This document shows positions 13,808 to 26,525 of a DNA stretch of 59,876 nt, one piece after another. Each line of letters opens with the position of its first letter. The first letter of the stretch is position 1. A model generated the notes under the pieces. The model did no database searches, had not been told where the DNA came from, and saw only the letters and a program-made list of their open reading frames with translations. Origin of the DNA: Catajapyx aquilonaris (lineage: Eukaryota); NCBI GenBank assembly GCA_000934665.2, contig KZ538600.1, positions 1 to 59,876 on the forward strand, read 5' to 3'. The position numbers and the translations under genes were made by a program.

Positions 13808-14332
13808 TAAACCACGGTCTTAAATTAATAATCAACACAATCGATACAATGATACCTATATCTGTAAAGGGCTTTGCCTGCAGCAGAAACTTGCCTATTA
13901 CGGATTCTTTGTTCCACTGGGGCAGAATTTCTATATTTCTGTCGCCTATCAAATGGAAACATGTTCAGTGCGGAAATTTTGAGGAACGAACCTGCAGGTT
14001 TCATTGTATTAAGTCTAAACGCCCAGCTATTATGCAGGCAAAATACTGCACTGTATACAAGCAAAAGAGTGTGCAATTGCCTCCCGATTATTATCCTACC
14101 TACAGTATGTACACGGGGACTGGGCTGAAATTCGCGATTATGAGGTAGTGGGTAGGGATGGGGCGAAACATCGGAAATCTTTATCATTATAATTATACAA
14201 CATCATAGAGTACGAAAATATTATGAAAAGAAGTTAATGTCCATCAACTGCATCGAACAATAGACTTGGATTTAATAATAAAGGCAATATTTAGTATGAC
14301 GCACCGACCAAAAAAAGTAGTAGGGCTACGTG

Positions 14333-14638
14333 CAGGCGCGGATCCAGGGGGGGGGGGGGGGGNNNNNNNNNNNNNNNNNNNNNNNNNNNNNNNNNNNNNN
14401 NNNNNNNNNNNNNNNNNNNNNNNNNNNNNNNNNNNNNNNNNNNNNNNNNNNNNNNNNNNNNNNNNNNNNNNNNNNNNNNNNNNNNNNNNNNNNNNNNNNN
14501 NNNNNNNNNNNNNNNNNNNNNNNNNNNNNNNNNNNNNNNNNNNNNNNNNNNNNNNNNNNNNNNNNNNNNNNNNNNNNNNNNNNNNNNNNNNNNNNNNNNN
14601 NNNNCCCCCCCCTGAAAACATTTCTGGATCCGCGCCTG
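14333..14638. mobile_element. hAT-type MITE; interior is an N gap
   Basis: Perfect TIR CAGGCGCGGATCCAG / CTGGATCCGCGCCTG; 8-bp TSD GCTACGTG; poly-G/poly-C runs border the gap. Confidence 0.9.
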
Positions 14639-17600
14639 GCTACGTGGCAAAATACGGCACCTATATACAGCCTATGCATGCGTGGGTAACAACATTTCAA
14701 ACAAAAAACCACGTCGAATGGCTGTTTGATAATAATCGAAGGTTAGATAATCAAGTACCATATCTACTCCACAGGACTTTGGTAATTAGTGGCATAACTG
14801 GGCCAAAAATATGCCAGCAAGCATAGTCACAAAAATATTTCGTGATTATGGTCACACACTGACTATTCGCCCTATAAGTACACTTCATAAACAAGTGCCT
14901 GTCACCTTGCATGATACGGTACTGGTAATTTGTAAGCACCAATACAGTATTAGGGCATTAGGCTATATTTGAACGCCGCTTATGAGAATGTTTCGTCGCC
15001 TTCGTGATGATCCGTAATTAATATTTTCCCGGGCAGGATAATTTTTTTAGAAGAAACGCAGTATACATGTTGGCGGTCTTATCGTCCTTATCAAGTCAGG
15101 TATTTTTAAAAAGTGTCATCATTTAAACGTTTCCCAAAAATTGACAATAACAAGTTGCACTTTATTAAGTACGGTATAGGCCTGCGTCTCTCAAGTTAGT
15201 TACTTCCACGTGGACTGCAAGTGAATGTTCCTCATAATACTTTTGAATAGATGCATATTAGGTTATCACTTGATGAACATGGAGAGAAAATAGAGAAGCT
15301 ATAGGGGTTGACAACAACAACAACAACCATAGCATATACGGGGTCGAAGGTATAGCCACACCTTTCTTTCGTCCTTAATCTCTCACTTCCTGACCGCAGG
15401 GACGTCATTCCATCTCAACTTAGTCAATTTTGACTTAAGTTGTGGCTAGTCTCCCTGAAAAGTTGGTGACAAAATAATAATTAGAAGCAGCAGCCAAGGT
15501 TTATGTCAAAATCGAGATTTCAGAATTTTCGACAATGTGCAGAGGACATAATTATGACATTCACAAAACGATTTCCTATATCCTATATTTCGAGTGGCGC
15601 AGAGATTTTTTTCTGCGCGGAAAAATCGTCACATGTAGTACGTAGTACATCTACTTATGCATGAAGTTGACGGGGAAAGCATGTGGAATCTTGAACTATT
15701 ATTTTTCATTTAGGGTAGGTGTCGTGGGTCACTCATAAATAAATGCGAAAAAAACCAAAATAGATTACTCTACATCTCAACTCGATGTAACATAGCACAG
15801 TGGAGATGAAATGAGTTATTTTTATTACACTGAGGCAACAGTATACGAGCTCCAAACGAGTATCGACCCATCAGTGCAGTTTAAAATGTGAGAAATGGAG
15901 GGATACCGGTATGTCCGAATAAAAATTTACTATACGTGACAAAAATGCAGAATCCTTGACCTGGTGAATTTCCGTATAATACTAAGTCCGCCTTATAGCT
16001 TTCACAACTCAACTGGTAACTGGGGGATCGGACAATCAGGTGAATCTCGTAAATTTAGATGGTAAATCCCCATGTATATCCTATAGGGACTCTTGAGTGA
16101 GTCATGTTGCATCTCGTACAGTAACCTACACATCAATATTCCTTTCCAGTGATATACTGTATGACTCATCAGCGATCCCCTTGTAAAAAGGGCTGATTTT
16201 AACAACCTGCCTACTCATGGGGTAGCTGGGGTAGGTCGTAGGTCAGGGTGCAAGCAGCTGCATGAATCTGTACTCAGCAGTCAGAAGAAGTCGAGTGGAG
16301 CATGATCCAAGGGAGATATCCCAGCTCACGTTGCAGGTATGGTCAAGAACACCACCACAAGCAACAATCATCTGCAACATAGGCACTAATATTCGCCCAA
16401 GCAAAAAATACATACCAAACCAAGTTTCCAAAACAAAATAATAAATTAACAAGCACCAAACAAGATCCAAGCAAGGAATAAAGAAATCAAAAGTATATGT
16501 AAGAGATCCAATGGAACAACATGGTCTAAATAAACCTTTCCGAACACTTCTAATGTACGTGTCCAAAATGAAAACAAGTCAAAGACTGCAAAGAGGTGAC
16601 TTTCCTCAGCGAAAAACACACAAGTACAAATAAACTTAACGACTCTCGTAGCCAGGGGCCACAAAAATGGAAGAAACAAACAGTACTAACAGCAGTCGAA
16701 AGCGACCCAAAACAACTCAATGAAGAGCAACACAAAAAGAGGGTTCGTAACGAAACGTAAGAAGACATTGTCCGGCTCACTTTACAAAACTCGTAACCAA
16801 GGGATTCTATAAACTGACCCCCAGGAGAGAAATCTCAAGGCGACCAACTCCAAACACAGCCCGTCGTCGTCATCTATCTGCAGGACTAGAAGAACTAGTC
16901 AAAGAGGAGTAACAAATCAAATAAGTCAGAACGCGGAACCATATTCTTATCGGTCACATTCCATTGGAAATACATTTAAATGTAGGCCTACTACAAGTAG
17001 TTGAGTTGTGGAAATATCAGATGGATGTGGTAGACATGTGTGTAGTACTGGTATTAAGTTCACACCCTCTATTAATTTTACTAGGAATTATTTGTGGGTC
17101 GAGCCACCACCTTTGACTCACTTGATATTATATGGAATAACCCAGGGGTCAAATAGGATTGTCCATTCAACCAAATGTAGCTTAATATTTGCATATTGTA
17201 ATGCTTGCCATAACTTTGCGACATTAGGCTAAACACAATAGTTCAAAATACCATCATGTTACTACACCATACTTCTCACTTCCCTTCATCACTGCCGCCA
17301 AAGTTAATATAAAAATGTGCAATACTCTGTGAGAGATGTGTCAAATACAGTAGATTAATATCGATCCATTTTTGCACAAGCATTCGAACGCAGTTGTTAG
17401 CCAATTTTGTTTTTCAGATGCAAAAAAAAAAAAAATCATCATGCAACGCCAGTACAAACTAGACTATTCCTACTCAATATAGATGCTAATGTCAAAGAGC
17501 AGCCCCTCATCTTCCTTACACTTGCAAGCAATAAATAATGTATAAAGACAAATAGATTCCATTCTAATAACGCGGTGGTGGCGAATAGGCAAAGCTCATA

Positions 17601-18396
17601 CTGTATTCATACCATTCATTTATTCCGCCGTTAAGTGATTGCAAGTTTGGAAAGACCCCGCTTTTCCTCAGATAAGTGAGGCTTTGAAACTTGTCGGCAG
17701 AAACTATGCTACGTACCTCTAGAGAAAACGAGCTCCGAACACTTTCAGGTGATTGAGAGAGCGCCATTCCGGCTTCCTGCATTTATGGTCCCATTTTTAG
17801 GAAACTACTGTACAATAGTGTTGTCGGGATATAATACGTCTTGGACTTCATCCAAGCCTGGGTCAAGTACTCTATTTTTTGCTTCGTTTATCACATCAGT
17901 CCGCCTTAAATTATTGCACCCAAGGAAAGAGCACTTTATTTTGATAAGCTACCCTACAATAGGCGTCCTATCCAGAGAAAATTATTATTTTTTGTTACTT
18001 CTTGCTCCTTTTGTAATACTCGGGATACATCGCCCCATTCATATCAATGGAAATTTTTGCCTCATTTTTACAAAGTTCAGCATTGTCTTGTAAGAAAATT
18101 TCAGTCAAATGACCGATTGAAATTTATTATTCCAGATGATGGTATTAACAGCACATTGACACTGAACTGTATTTATTGTTAAGTTGTGGTTGGTTTTCTC
18201 AAGCTATATAGTACTTGATGTCATATGCAGCATTTTACTTGCATATTAGTATATAGGGCTCTGTATTATCCGCGGGTTTCACTTATCCGCGAGGGAGTTT
18301 GGAACCAAATTCGGGGTCAACAATATATTCCTTTGTAACTATAAAAAAAATTATATCGCGACTCCCTGAGGTTGAAGGATCAATTTTCATCATTTA

Positions 18397-18522
18397 GGGC
18401 CGGTTTCACCGAGCTTGGTATATGATAAAACCAGGTTTCTTTAGGAAAATCCATACAAATAGATAGGGATTTTGAGAAAGAACCCTGGTTTTATCATATA
18501 CTGAGCTCGGTGAAACCGGCCC
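18397..18522. mobile_element. PIF/Harbinger-like MITE, copy 1
   Basis: TIR GGGCCGGTTTCACCGAGCT; TTA/TAA flanks; near-identical inverted copy at 49199-49325. Confidence 0.88.
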
Positions 18523-18806
18523 TAAGTCCTATTTTGTCCTGAGACCTCTGTTGACCTCGGAAGTCTAATCCAATGTGCCCGTAACACTGTGCATCAAAGG
18601 TTACCTCCTTGCACACTTTTATAGTGGTCCATGAGTCCATGACCATACTGATTAGCATTGAGAACAGGCAGAAAAACAAACAAACACACATTCACAAATA
18701 CAGGATATAGATCCAAAATACTCGGCCGACTAATATGGCTATTTGTTGGCACTAATAGTAAGCTTCTTAATTTTAGTACTTATTTCTTAATTTTTCTATA
18801 GGCCTA

Positions 18807-19019
18807 CATGGTGTTCCAAGTTCGTGGGTCACTTTTTGATAACTGATATCGCCCGATAGCAGATATTTTGTAGCTTGTTGTGCCCCTAACGCCTAACCAT
18901 GTGCCTCATGCTATAGAATGGAGCACATATATGGTTAGGGGCACAACAAGCTACAAAAATATAATTGCTATGGGGCGATGTCAGTGATCAAAAACTGACC
19001 CTCGAATCTGGAACACCCT
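18807..19019. mobile_element. Palindromic Tc1/mariner-type MITE
   Basis: TA-CATGGTGTTCCAAG... / ...CTGGAACACCCTG-TA; about 95-bp imperfect arms. Confidence 0.75.
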
Positions 19020-19029
19020 GTATACAGTA

Positions 19030-19365
19030 TTTTCTTGATTACTTGGATCGATACCTGACTGACTCGGATTATTTTTTAAATCTAGGTTCATGGCGAAAAA
19101 TGAGGACACTCATATGGGCTTAATGGTAGATGGCGGTGGATAGGAAGATGCATTTCACATTTAAAAGGCCAATAATTATAAAGCTATTTCTTAATTTTAT
19201 ATATTTTTATATTTTCTCAATTACCTGCGGATTGATACATGACTGACTCGGATTACCGTAGGTAGGCCTACTTCTTAAACCTAGGTTGCCTGGTCGCGCG
19301 CTCTGGGCTGAACGGTAGATGGCGGTGGACAGAAAAATTCATTTAAGATTTCAAATGCCAATGAT
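19030..19365. repeat. Diverged tandem duplication, unit about 185 bp
   Basis: Shared blocks TGACTGACTCGGATTA, CTAGGTT and GGTAGATGGCGGTGGA occur twice in the same order. Confidence 0.75.
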
Positions 19366-19680
19366 GATGAATATACAATAGTTACTTTTAATGGATATCA
19401 AAAGTATTAGCTGCTAATATTATGTTGTGTGTACCAATCATTTTAAAAGGGGGTTTGCCTGTAGACTACAAAGTGGGTTCTATCATTGAAATTACAATAA
19501 TTGAAGTGAGGTGCCAATTGTTTTAATGAGCCACATTCCCAAACGACACTTGAGAGTTCAGAACACGGTTCATCAGAACCTGAATAGATAATTCGGCATA
19601 AAATTAGCGGCTAATACTTTTCATTAGCCGCCATTTAAAGTAGCCTGCAGAAGTAACTGCTTAAAATAAGCCGATTTTCA

Positions 19681-19681
19681 T

Positions 19682-19712
<31 letters not shown>

Positions 19713-20006
19713 TTTTAGTGTACCCCGTGATAGGGCCCGAGGCCCTCTTGGGGAGAGGGTGGTGGTGGAATACCACCACAGGGTGACTGGGAGGGGATGT
19801 GCAAAGTGCAAGTGCAATGTCGCTGATTGATCATTTTGTGAACTTCATCCCCCGGTGGATTAGTCTAGCGGAGATTCCACCCGAGACGAAGCAGAGATGT
19901 CCCAACTCTGCACGAGATGAAGGGGGGGAACCCGGGCCTGGGATCGAACCCGGGACCTTAGCATCCGTGGGCGCGTACGTTACCGCAGCGCCACTCCGTC
20001 TCCCCC
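19681..20006 (-). mobile_element. tRNA-derived SINE, family A (short form)
   Basis: Head GGGGAGACGGAGTGGCGCTGCGGTAACG...GGGTTCGATCCC (A/B boxes); body shared with copies at 22590, 25897 and 48518; tail hairpin-TCACGGGGTA-(AAAT)n. Confidence 0.9.
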
Positions 20007-20026
20007 AGAAATAATCATATTAGTTT

Positions 20027-20292
20027 GGGAGGCGTGGTAGTCTAGTGGTTACGCCACTGGCTAGCCAAGCGGGAGGCCGGGGTTCAAATCCCGTCCCCGT
20101 CACCTCTGCTTGGCCGGGTCTTTTTGCGCTTTTCACCCGACACGCCGGGGCAGCATTGCACTCCCTTAGCTGCCCGGGGCCAGAGAAAAGGTCTGGTGTA
20201 TCTGAGAGAGTCGTGAGTGACTATAAACCGAGGATGCCCCCCCTTGGGAACCTTCCCCTCCCCACAAAACGAGCCGAACGGCTCGAGCACGG

Positions 20293-20358
<66 letters not shown>
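20027..20358 (+). mobile_element. tRNA-derived SINE, family B, with (TAA)n tail
   Basis: GGGAGGCGTGGTAGTCTAGTGGTT...GGGGTTCAAATCCC head; tail CGAGCCGAACGGCTCG-AGCACGGGGTA followed by about 21 TAA repeats. Confidence 0.85.
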
Positions 20359-21214
20359 TGGAGAAGTATTTTGGTTCACCCTGTATGTGCAGTATATTCA
20401 TGATATATGTATTCACAGACACTAGAGCCCTCTGTGCTCCATCTGCAGAATACGTTTCAGCAGGAGTATATTGTGTGTCCATCTGGTGGCCACTTCTCAC
20501 ACTCGAAGAACTACAATACATACACATATTTGGAAACATTTTGACAATTAAAGATAGTACGTAATTATACCTTTGTGTAACCATTTTTGATCCAGTTAAA
20601 TAACCATTATTAACCCGTGAGAAAAAGAAGTGACCCAATTTCGACTCAGCCAGGGAATTGGCACGCCTGGAACAAACGAGTAATGGCCGCCGTTTAGTGG
20701 ACGCTGATCACTGCAGACAGGACCCGTGGACAGGACGACATCGCAGAAGGTGCGCCGTAATACGTCTGTTGGTTGGCAGAAAGAAGAAAGGTGAGCATTG
20801 CATGGTTTAGTAGCTTTGTTTCAATATCCATCTGATCATAGAGACAATCGAGGAATAATGTGGGGAGGCTACATTTATCAAGAGCAGCGGTACCGGAGCT
20901 ACTTATATCAGTGTTCAAGTGCCTGACAGCCTATGGAAGGTGAAACAGCAAGTGAATTAAAGCTCATACCAAATCTGGTTATGCAGACTGATTTGTTCTG
21001 TGAGAAAATCACTTGGTTGTAGCTAGGATTTATAAGCGTTATATTGAACTCTCCCTCGTGACGTTTAGTGTCACTCTGATATTTGTAACTTTATGACTAA
21101 GTCCCCATACCCTGCACTCTTCAACCAATTTATTAAACCATTATTAGCGCAAAGGTTGTTTTCTCATGCTGAGCATATCCAATGTTGTAGGCAGTCTGTG
21201 CCAGTGTTTCTTAA

Positions 21215-21496
21215 CCCTGGAACCGTGCCGTGCCTACGAGTATTACGGCAACCGTGCCATGGGATCTTTTCGGACCCCACCATATTTTTATTTTAATGAA
21301 TTATTATATAATACTTTTCAATGTATTGACTATATGCAATCATTCTTTGAACAATGCCTAAAATGATCGCTGATTCAAAATAAACCTGCACTTCCTGTTA
21401 TATACTGTAAAAAAATGACAAAAGTTCATTGTCATGATCATTTTAATGCATTTTTTTCCTTGGGGTTCAAAAAGACCCCACGGCACGGTTCCAGGG
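21215..21496. mobile_element. piggyBac-like MITE, copy 1
   Basis: TTAA flanks; TIR CCCTGGAACCGTGCCGTG / CACGGCACGGTTCCAGGG; homologous to 27464-27745. Confidence 0.9.
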
Positions 21497-21533
21497 TTAA
21501 CATTTGGTGAAAGTTGACATGAATTGGTATATG

Positions 21534-22682
21534 CAGGGTGTTCATGAATTCATCTGCCAAAATGATACAGGTGGTAGTGGATGCGTAATGCGTATGGAAG
21601 AAGCATTTTATGGGTCCAAAAGGTCAGCAATGCCCTGTTATGTAGATGTCAACTATTGACATTGACGATGTCTAACTTGACAAGTGTGGATACCCCATGC
21701 ATGCCTGCATTGCTGGTTGCTGGGGCCAGGTGCTTGCACTCCCATACCATTGCTCAACCAGCCTGGCCCAGCAACCAGCGATGCAGGCATGCATGGGGTA
21801 TCCACACTTAGCAGGATAGACATCATCAATGTCAACATCGACATCTGCATAACAAAGCATTGCTGGCCTTATAATCTATATTATTAATACCCGACTATCA
21901 TGGAAACCTCTCCCGCACTGTAGGGCCTACAGCATTGGGAGTGGTCTCTGAATTTTTCTCGCGTTTTCTACATTGCAATAAACTTTTGTTTTTTGGGAAA
22001 AAGTGGCCAGGGACTTCGTGAAATGCAATAAAAAACAACGAAAAATAACAGAATCGGACACGTCCATGGAATTCCCAATTCCGCTGCGCGTCGTTGCAGG
22101 TGCCACCTCCTGGCTGGCGACTCGCTTACTTCTGCCCTTCACGGTTGGATGTCACTCTTTCTCTCCACTTTCGCACTTTTGCCTTATTTTTTGCCAAATT
22201 TTGGCAAGTTGGTGCCTAGTAATATTGTAGTAATTGTAGCAATATAATGTGGGTAATGCGGACCTCCTTCTCAGAAGGTGTTGCACGGACCTGTATGTTA
22301 TTTATAGGCCTTGTGTACAATGTGTACATATTGGTACCTTGTTGCGAATCGCTGTGGTCTGCGGGCAGGGTGAGTGGGATGGGATATGCAAGGTGCAAGT
22401 GCAATGTCTGTAACGGTACATTTTGTGAACTCCCCGGGTGGATTAGTCTCGTGGAGCTTCCATCCGAGACGAAGCCAGAGACGACCCAACTCTGCACGAA
22501 ATGAAGGGGGGAGACCCTAGGCTGGGATCGAACCCAGGACCCTTCCATCCATGGGCGCATACGTTACTGCAACCCCACTCCGCCTCTCCTCATTGCTGAC
22601 CTTTTGGACCCATAAGATGCTTCTTCCATATGCATCGACTACCACCTGTATCATTTTGGCAGATGAATTCATGAACACCCTG
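21534..22682. mobile_element. Palindromic Tc1/mariner-type MITE interrupted by a SINE
   Basis: Left arm 21534-21735; right arm split into 21755-21870 and 22591-22682; termini CAGGGTGTTCATGAATTCATCTGCC / GGCAGATGAATTCATGAACACCCTG. Confidence 0.85.
21871..22590 (-). mobile_element. SINE family A, long form, about 720 bp
   Basis: Family A head and body at 22590-22365; TSD CATTGCTG(G/A)CCTT at 21858-21870 and 22591-22603; extension partly shared with 48740-48870. Confidence 0.8.
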
Positions 22683-23023
22683 TATAAGCTCTACTAGCAG
22701 TAACCTCACCCACAAGTGGGTTGATATCACAGGGTGGCAATATTTGCAGGTTTTTAAATTTTTTAAATTGAATCAAGAAGATATGATGTAACAGGTTGGG
22801 TGATTTTTCAGTCTTCCTCCTTATCATCTATTTCTCTGGTGGTGAGGGACATTCCTGGGAAAGCCAAAGGTGTTTCAGAAGAAGAATCATTGGAGGGAGT
22901 AGATCCAGATGCCATATATAGGGGAATAATATCTGTGGCAGAGATCATTCCGTATGGCATAAAAGAGGGGAAGAGTCTGTCTCTTCACACGTAGAGTCAT
23001 TGATAGGTTGTTTGTATGATGTA

Positions 23024-23685
23024 CGAGGGCCATACCAAAAATTTGCAATTTATTTTTTACCCACCAATACAGGGCCCTTGCAGGTCGGCAGATACACACA
23101 TCGATAGAATCCTCATGGAGCCGAATGCACAGAAGTCATGGGTGTGGCAATTTCTCCAGGCCCTCCAGGAACCACATTTTGGGGAGGTTTGGTGCACCCA
23201 CTCCTGGACAACTGCTCGCATTCAACAGTGTCCTAGAAATGGCATTGGCGAAGGGATTTTTTCATGGATCCAGCTTTGGATACTTCCACACCTGCTGTAC
23301 TCCCCCAGCATGTCAAGGGAATTGATGGACTGGCCAAGCCTGTGAAGGCCCTGCATCCTGTGAATTCCGAATTTATTCCACCTTTCATAATTATTACAAT
23401 TCCCTGGCCTAGTCCCGAATGACTTGCACCCATTCGGAGCCATGAAATCCCTTCGCTGATGCCACTTTGAAGACGTTGTTGACTGTGAGCGGTTGTCTGG
23501 AAGTGGGTGCACCGCACCTCCAAAATGTGGTTCCTGGAGGGCCTGGAGAAGTTGCCACACTCATGACTCTTGTGCATTTGGCTCCAAGAGGTTTCTGTAG
23601 ATAATGTGTGCCTATCTGCCGACCTGCAAGGGCCCTGTATTTTTGGCAAAAACCATAATTGTAAATCATTTTGGTATGGCCTTCG
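23024..23685. mobile_element. mariner-type fold-back MITE, about 250-bp arms
   Basis: TA-CGAGGGCCATACCAAAA / TTTTGGTATGGCCTTCG-TA; arms about 23024-23271 and 23437-23685. Confidence 0.85.
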
Positions 23686-25896
23686 TATTAATATAGAGAT
23701 TATTACAGAAAGTGTTGTGCGCTGAGAACTTCTATTCAAATTACCTCCAGTTCAACACGCAAGATTTATTTTATGCAAATTTGTATGTTGTCGTCTATGT
23801 GAAGGCAAGGATCAAGTAAACCTAATTTTCTGCACTGACTACTAGAATTTATTTGGCATTTATTTTGTTCAAATTCTGCACTATTGACAGACCTGGACAC
23901 TTGCTCCTGTAAATTAGTACTGGGTATCTCAATCGTAATAACTTTATTATTGGAAATTACACCAACATCAGTGTTGGAGAAATCATAGCCAGTCAGCTGG
24001 CTGTCTTGCGGCTATTCACAGACACTCAGACACTTGTGTATAGTCATCTGCAGAATGTACCTTCATCCAAATATTCTTTTAGACAAGTGCTTTCTCCTTT
24101 TGTGTCTTATCAGTTCCAGAGCACTGTGCTGCAACCAATACACTATGCAGGCAATTTTCTCTCCAGCATAGCAAAATCACCTGTGTGATATGGATGCTGA
24201 AGCACGATGCAGTGGCATGGCAGGATACAAACAGAAAGGAACTTGTCTGCAATAACAGGTGGCCAGGAGTACATTGTAATGGTTCTGAGACCAGCAATGT
24301 AAGTCACAAGATAAATCAGAGAATGATGTATAAAAATTGGTAAAAATGCACAAAAAATTCCATGCTAATGATTCCTTCACATCATAGAGCCCGTGTGCCA
24401 TATTTGAAAAGTCTCAGGGAAGGTTTCTATATATTGTTCAGGCTAATTGAAGACCTCGGGAGAAAAACAATCAAGATACACGTTTTGTCAAAAATGAGTT
24501 ACATATCTCAGATGATAAAGTCACTAGTGTAGAATATGATGGTTTGGTCGTGGTTGTAAGTAATGATCACAGGTCACTATGGAAGGCCCTGAAAGTGGGA
24601 TTTACAATGGAGCCTTATGGGGCTTTGAAATTTAAAATGGGAATATCTCAGTTTCACCTGAGGTGGACCTTGATCATTTTTCTCACGAGGTCTTAAATTA
24701 TTGTAAACTTTAAAAAGTAGCAGACTAGAGGAGGCAACAGGAAATTACATGACCCAAATCTAGTCGAAATCTGAAATGCAATATGAAAAATGATCTGCCA
24801 TTAACAACAGGTGTTTCATGTATCATCACTAACTGTTGTGGTGACAAGGTGCTGTAAAGTAAGTGAATCAGTTGGATTTGGTGGAGTATGGTTTGCTTGC
24901 ATTATACACATATTGGCTACAAGTTTGACACTTGCTTGTACAAAATATAGTTTTACTGTAGAATCATATTTTACAGCTTGCCACCATTTAAATGCTTCCA
25001 TACGTGTTTAGTTACTAATACTGTGCCATACCTCAAGGTGATACATATTCATCAGTATCAGTGTTATTACCATTGGATTCGTCTCATTTTGCTTGCTTTC
25101 ATTATCGACTTTGGGTGAGGTAATTGCCTACCACTTGTATGATCCTCTTTATACAAATACAAAATGTTTTGAATTGGTGGTTGCTGATATTCTGTACCAT
25201 TATAAAGACAAAAATTTCATGTTCAACAAGTGCACATGGGATGTTTTTCATCAGATACTACTTGGCATACTGGACATTCCTCTTGAATGCTAATTGATAG
25301 GCTATAGTTTATTACATTGACAAAGAATAGCCAAATGGGTATTGTTGGGTTTCTTCTGTGACATCTCCATGTCCCTAGGTGAATTGTCATATAAGCCAGA
25401 ATCAGATCTGCATTTTTCCATTCTAGGTTTATTGATAAACTGATAGGCTGGGTAAGGAACAGCATTCACATGTAAAAATATCTACAATTTAGTGTAAAAT
25501 GTTCTGGTATCCAGTACTACTAGGGTGTGCTCAGAAAGCAGTTTTATTGGTAGGTGTGGGGGAAAGGGTGATCTTCCCTAACATCATCCAGCCAAGTTCA
25601 TTACTTTATGCCAGGTATCTCAGAAGTAGGAATATGCAAAATGGTAAGTGGCGTTGGTGTACGTTAAAAGCAGTGGTTTTTATATTAGCGAGAGCATTAT
25701 AGTCAGGAAAATTCCACCGATGATGTAAGAATTTTAATGGGGACTGACAGCATCTAGGCAAGGACTATTCATCAAGTGCCAGACTATCAAACAACTGCTA
25801 ATGTCATGGACATGCCTAACCGAATGTCTTACAGTGGTGACATCATAAAATTTCATCAAATTCATGTCAATGGCACCCATAACTTTAACATAACCT

Positions 25897-26233
25897 GGGG
25901 AGACGGAGTGGCGCCGCGGTAACGCGTGCGCTCACGGAAGTTAAGGTCCCGGGTTCAATCCCCACCCGGGGTTCCCACCTTCTTTCGTGCAGAGTTGGGC
26001 CATCTCTGGCTTCGTTTCGGGTGGCAATTTCCGATAGACTAAGCCACCCGGGGGAGTTCACAAAATGACCAATTAACGACAGCGCACATGCACTTTGCAC
26101 ATCCCCTCCTAATTACCCTTGGAGCAATTAAGATATACGTATATGTATCGCTCCAAAACCACAGATGGTGGTAACCCACCCCCCTAGAAATGGCCTATCG
26201 GCCAGATAACGGGGTACAGGAAAAAAAAAAAAA
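25897..26233 (+). mobile_element. tRNA-derived SINE, family A (short form) with poly-A tail
   Basis: Family A head and body; 16-bp TSD AACTTTAACATAACCT (25881-25896, 26234-26249). Confidence 0.92.
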
Positions 26234-26255
26234 AACTTTAACATAACCTACTACT

Positions 26256-26525
26256 TTAGTGGGAGCTTAACGTCAGCCTATTTCTGCCTCAAGGCTCAAC
26301 ACCGATGCCAGGGGGTGGTCCTCCTCCTGGAAATTTGGCCACTTTGGGGATCTTTAACATGCATTCGCGCAATGTCGCAAGCACTTTACTTCCCCTTCCC
26401 CTCTGAAGGAAGGCGCACTCTCACTTTTCTACCACCCGAAGAAAAGTCACCGACCTCGGCTGGGTTCGAACTCACAACTGTGGGACCAGAGGCGAGCGCG
26501 TAACCACCAGACCACCAGCGCCGGC
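26256..26525 (-). mobile_element. tRNA-derived SINE, family F (resembles Nin-domain/tick Ruka-type SINEs)
   Basis: Head TGGTGGTCTGGTGGTT...GAGTTCGAACCC; core GCATGTTAAAGATCCCCAAAGTGGCCAAATTTCC; end GACGTTAAGC; 14-bp TSD CATAACCTACTACT (26242-26255, 26526-26539). The family resemblance is from memory. Confidence 0.85.

Noticed and set aside
14244..14826. Long ORFs in several frames
   Set aside because: Artefact of the N gap inside a hAT MITE.
20027..20103. tRNA genes (here and at the other SINE heads)
   Set aside because: The tRNA-like heads run into repeated bodies, shared tails and TSDs, and the cloverleaf pairing is poor. They are SINEs, not tRNAs.
20045..20638. ORFs with poly-Ile or poly-Tyr
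   Set aside because: Translation of the (TAA)n SINE tail.
23016..23739. Paralogous-looking ORFs on opposite strands (WQFLQALQEPHFG / WQLLQALQEPHFG)
   Set aside because: These are the two arms of an inverted-repeat MITE, not a gene pair.
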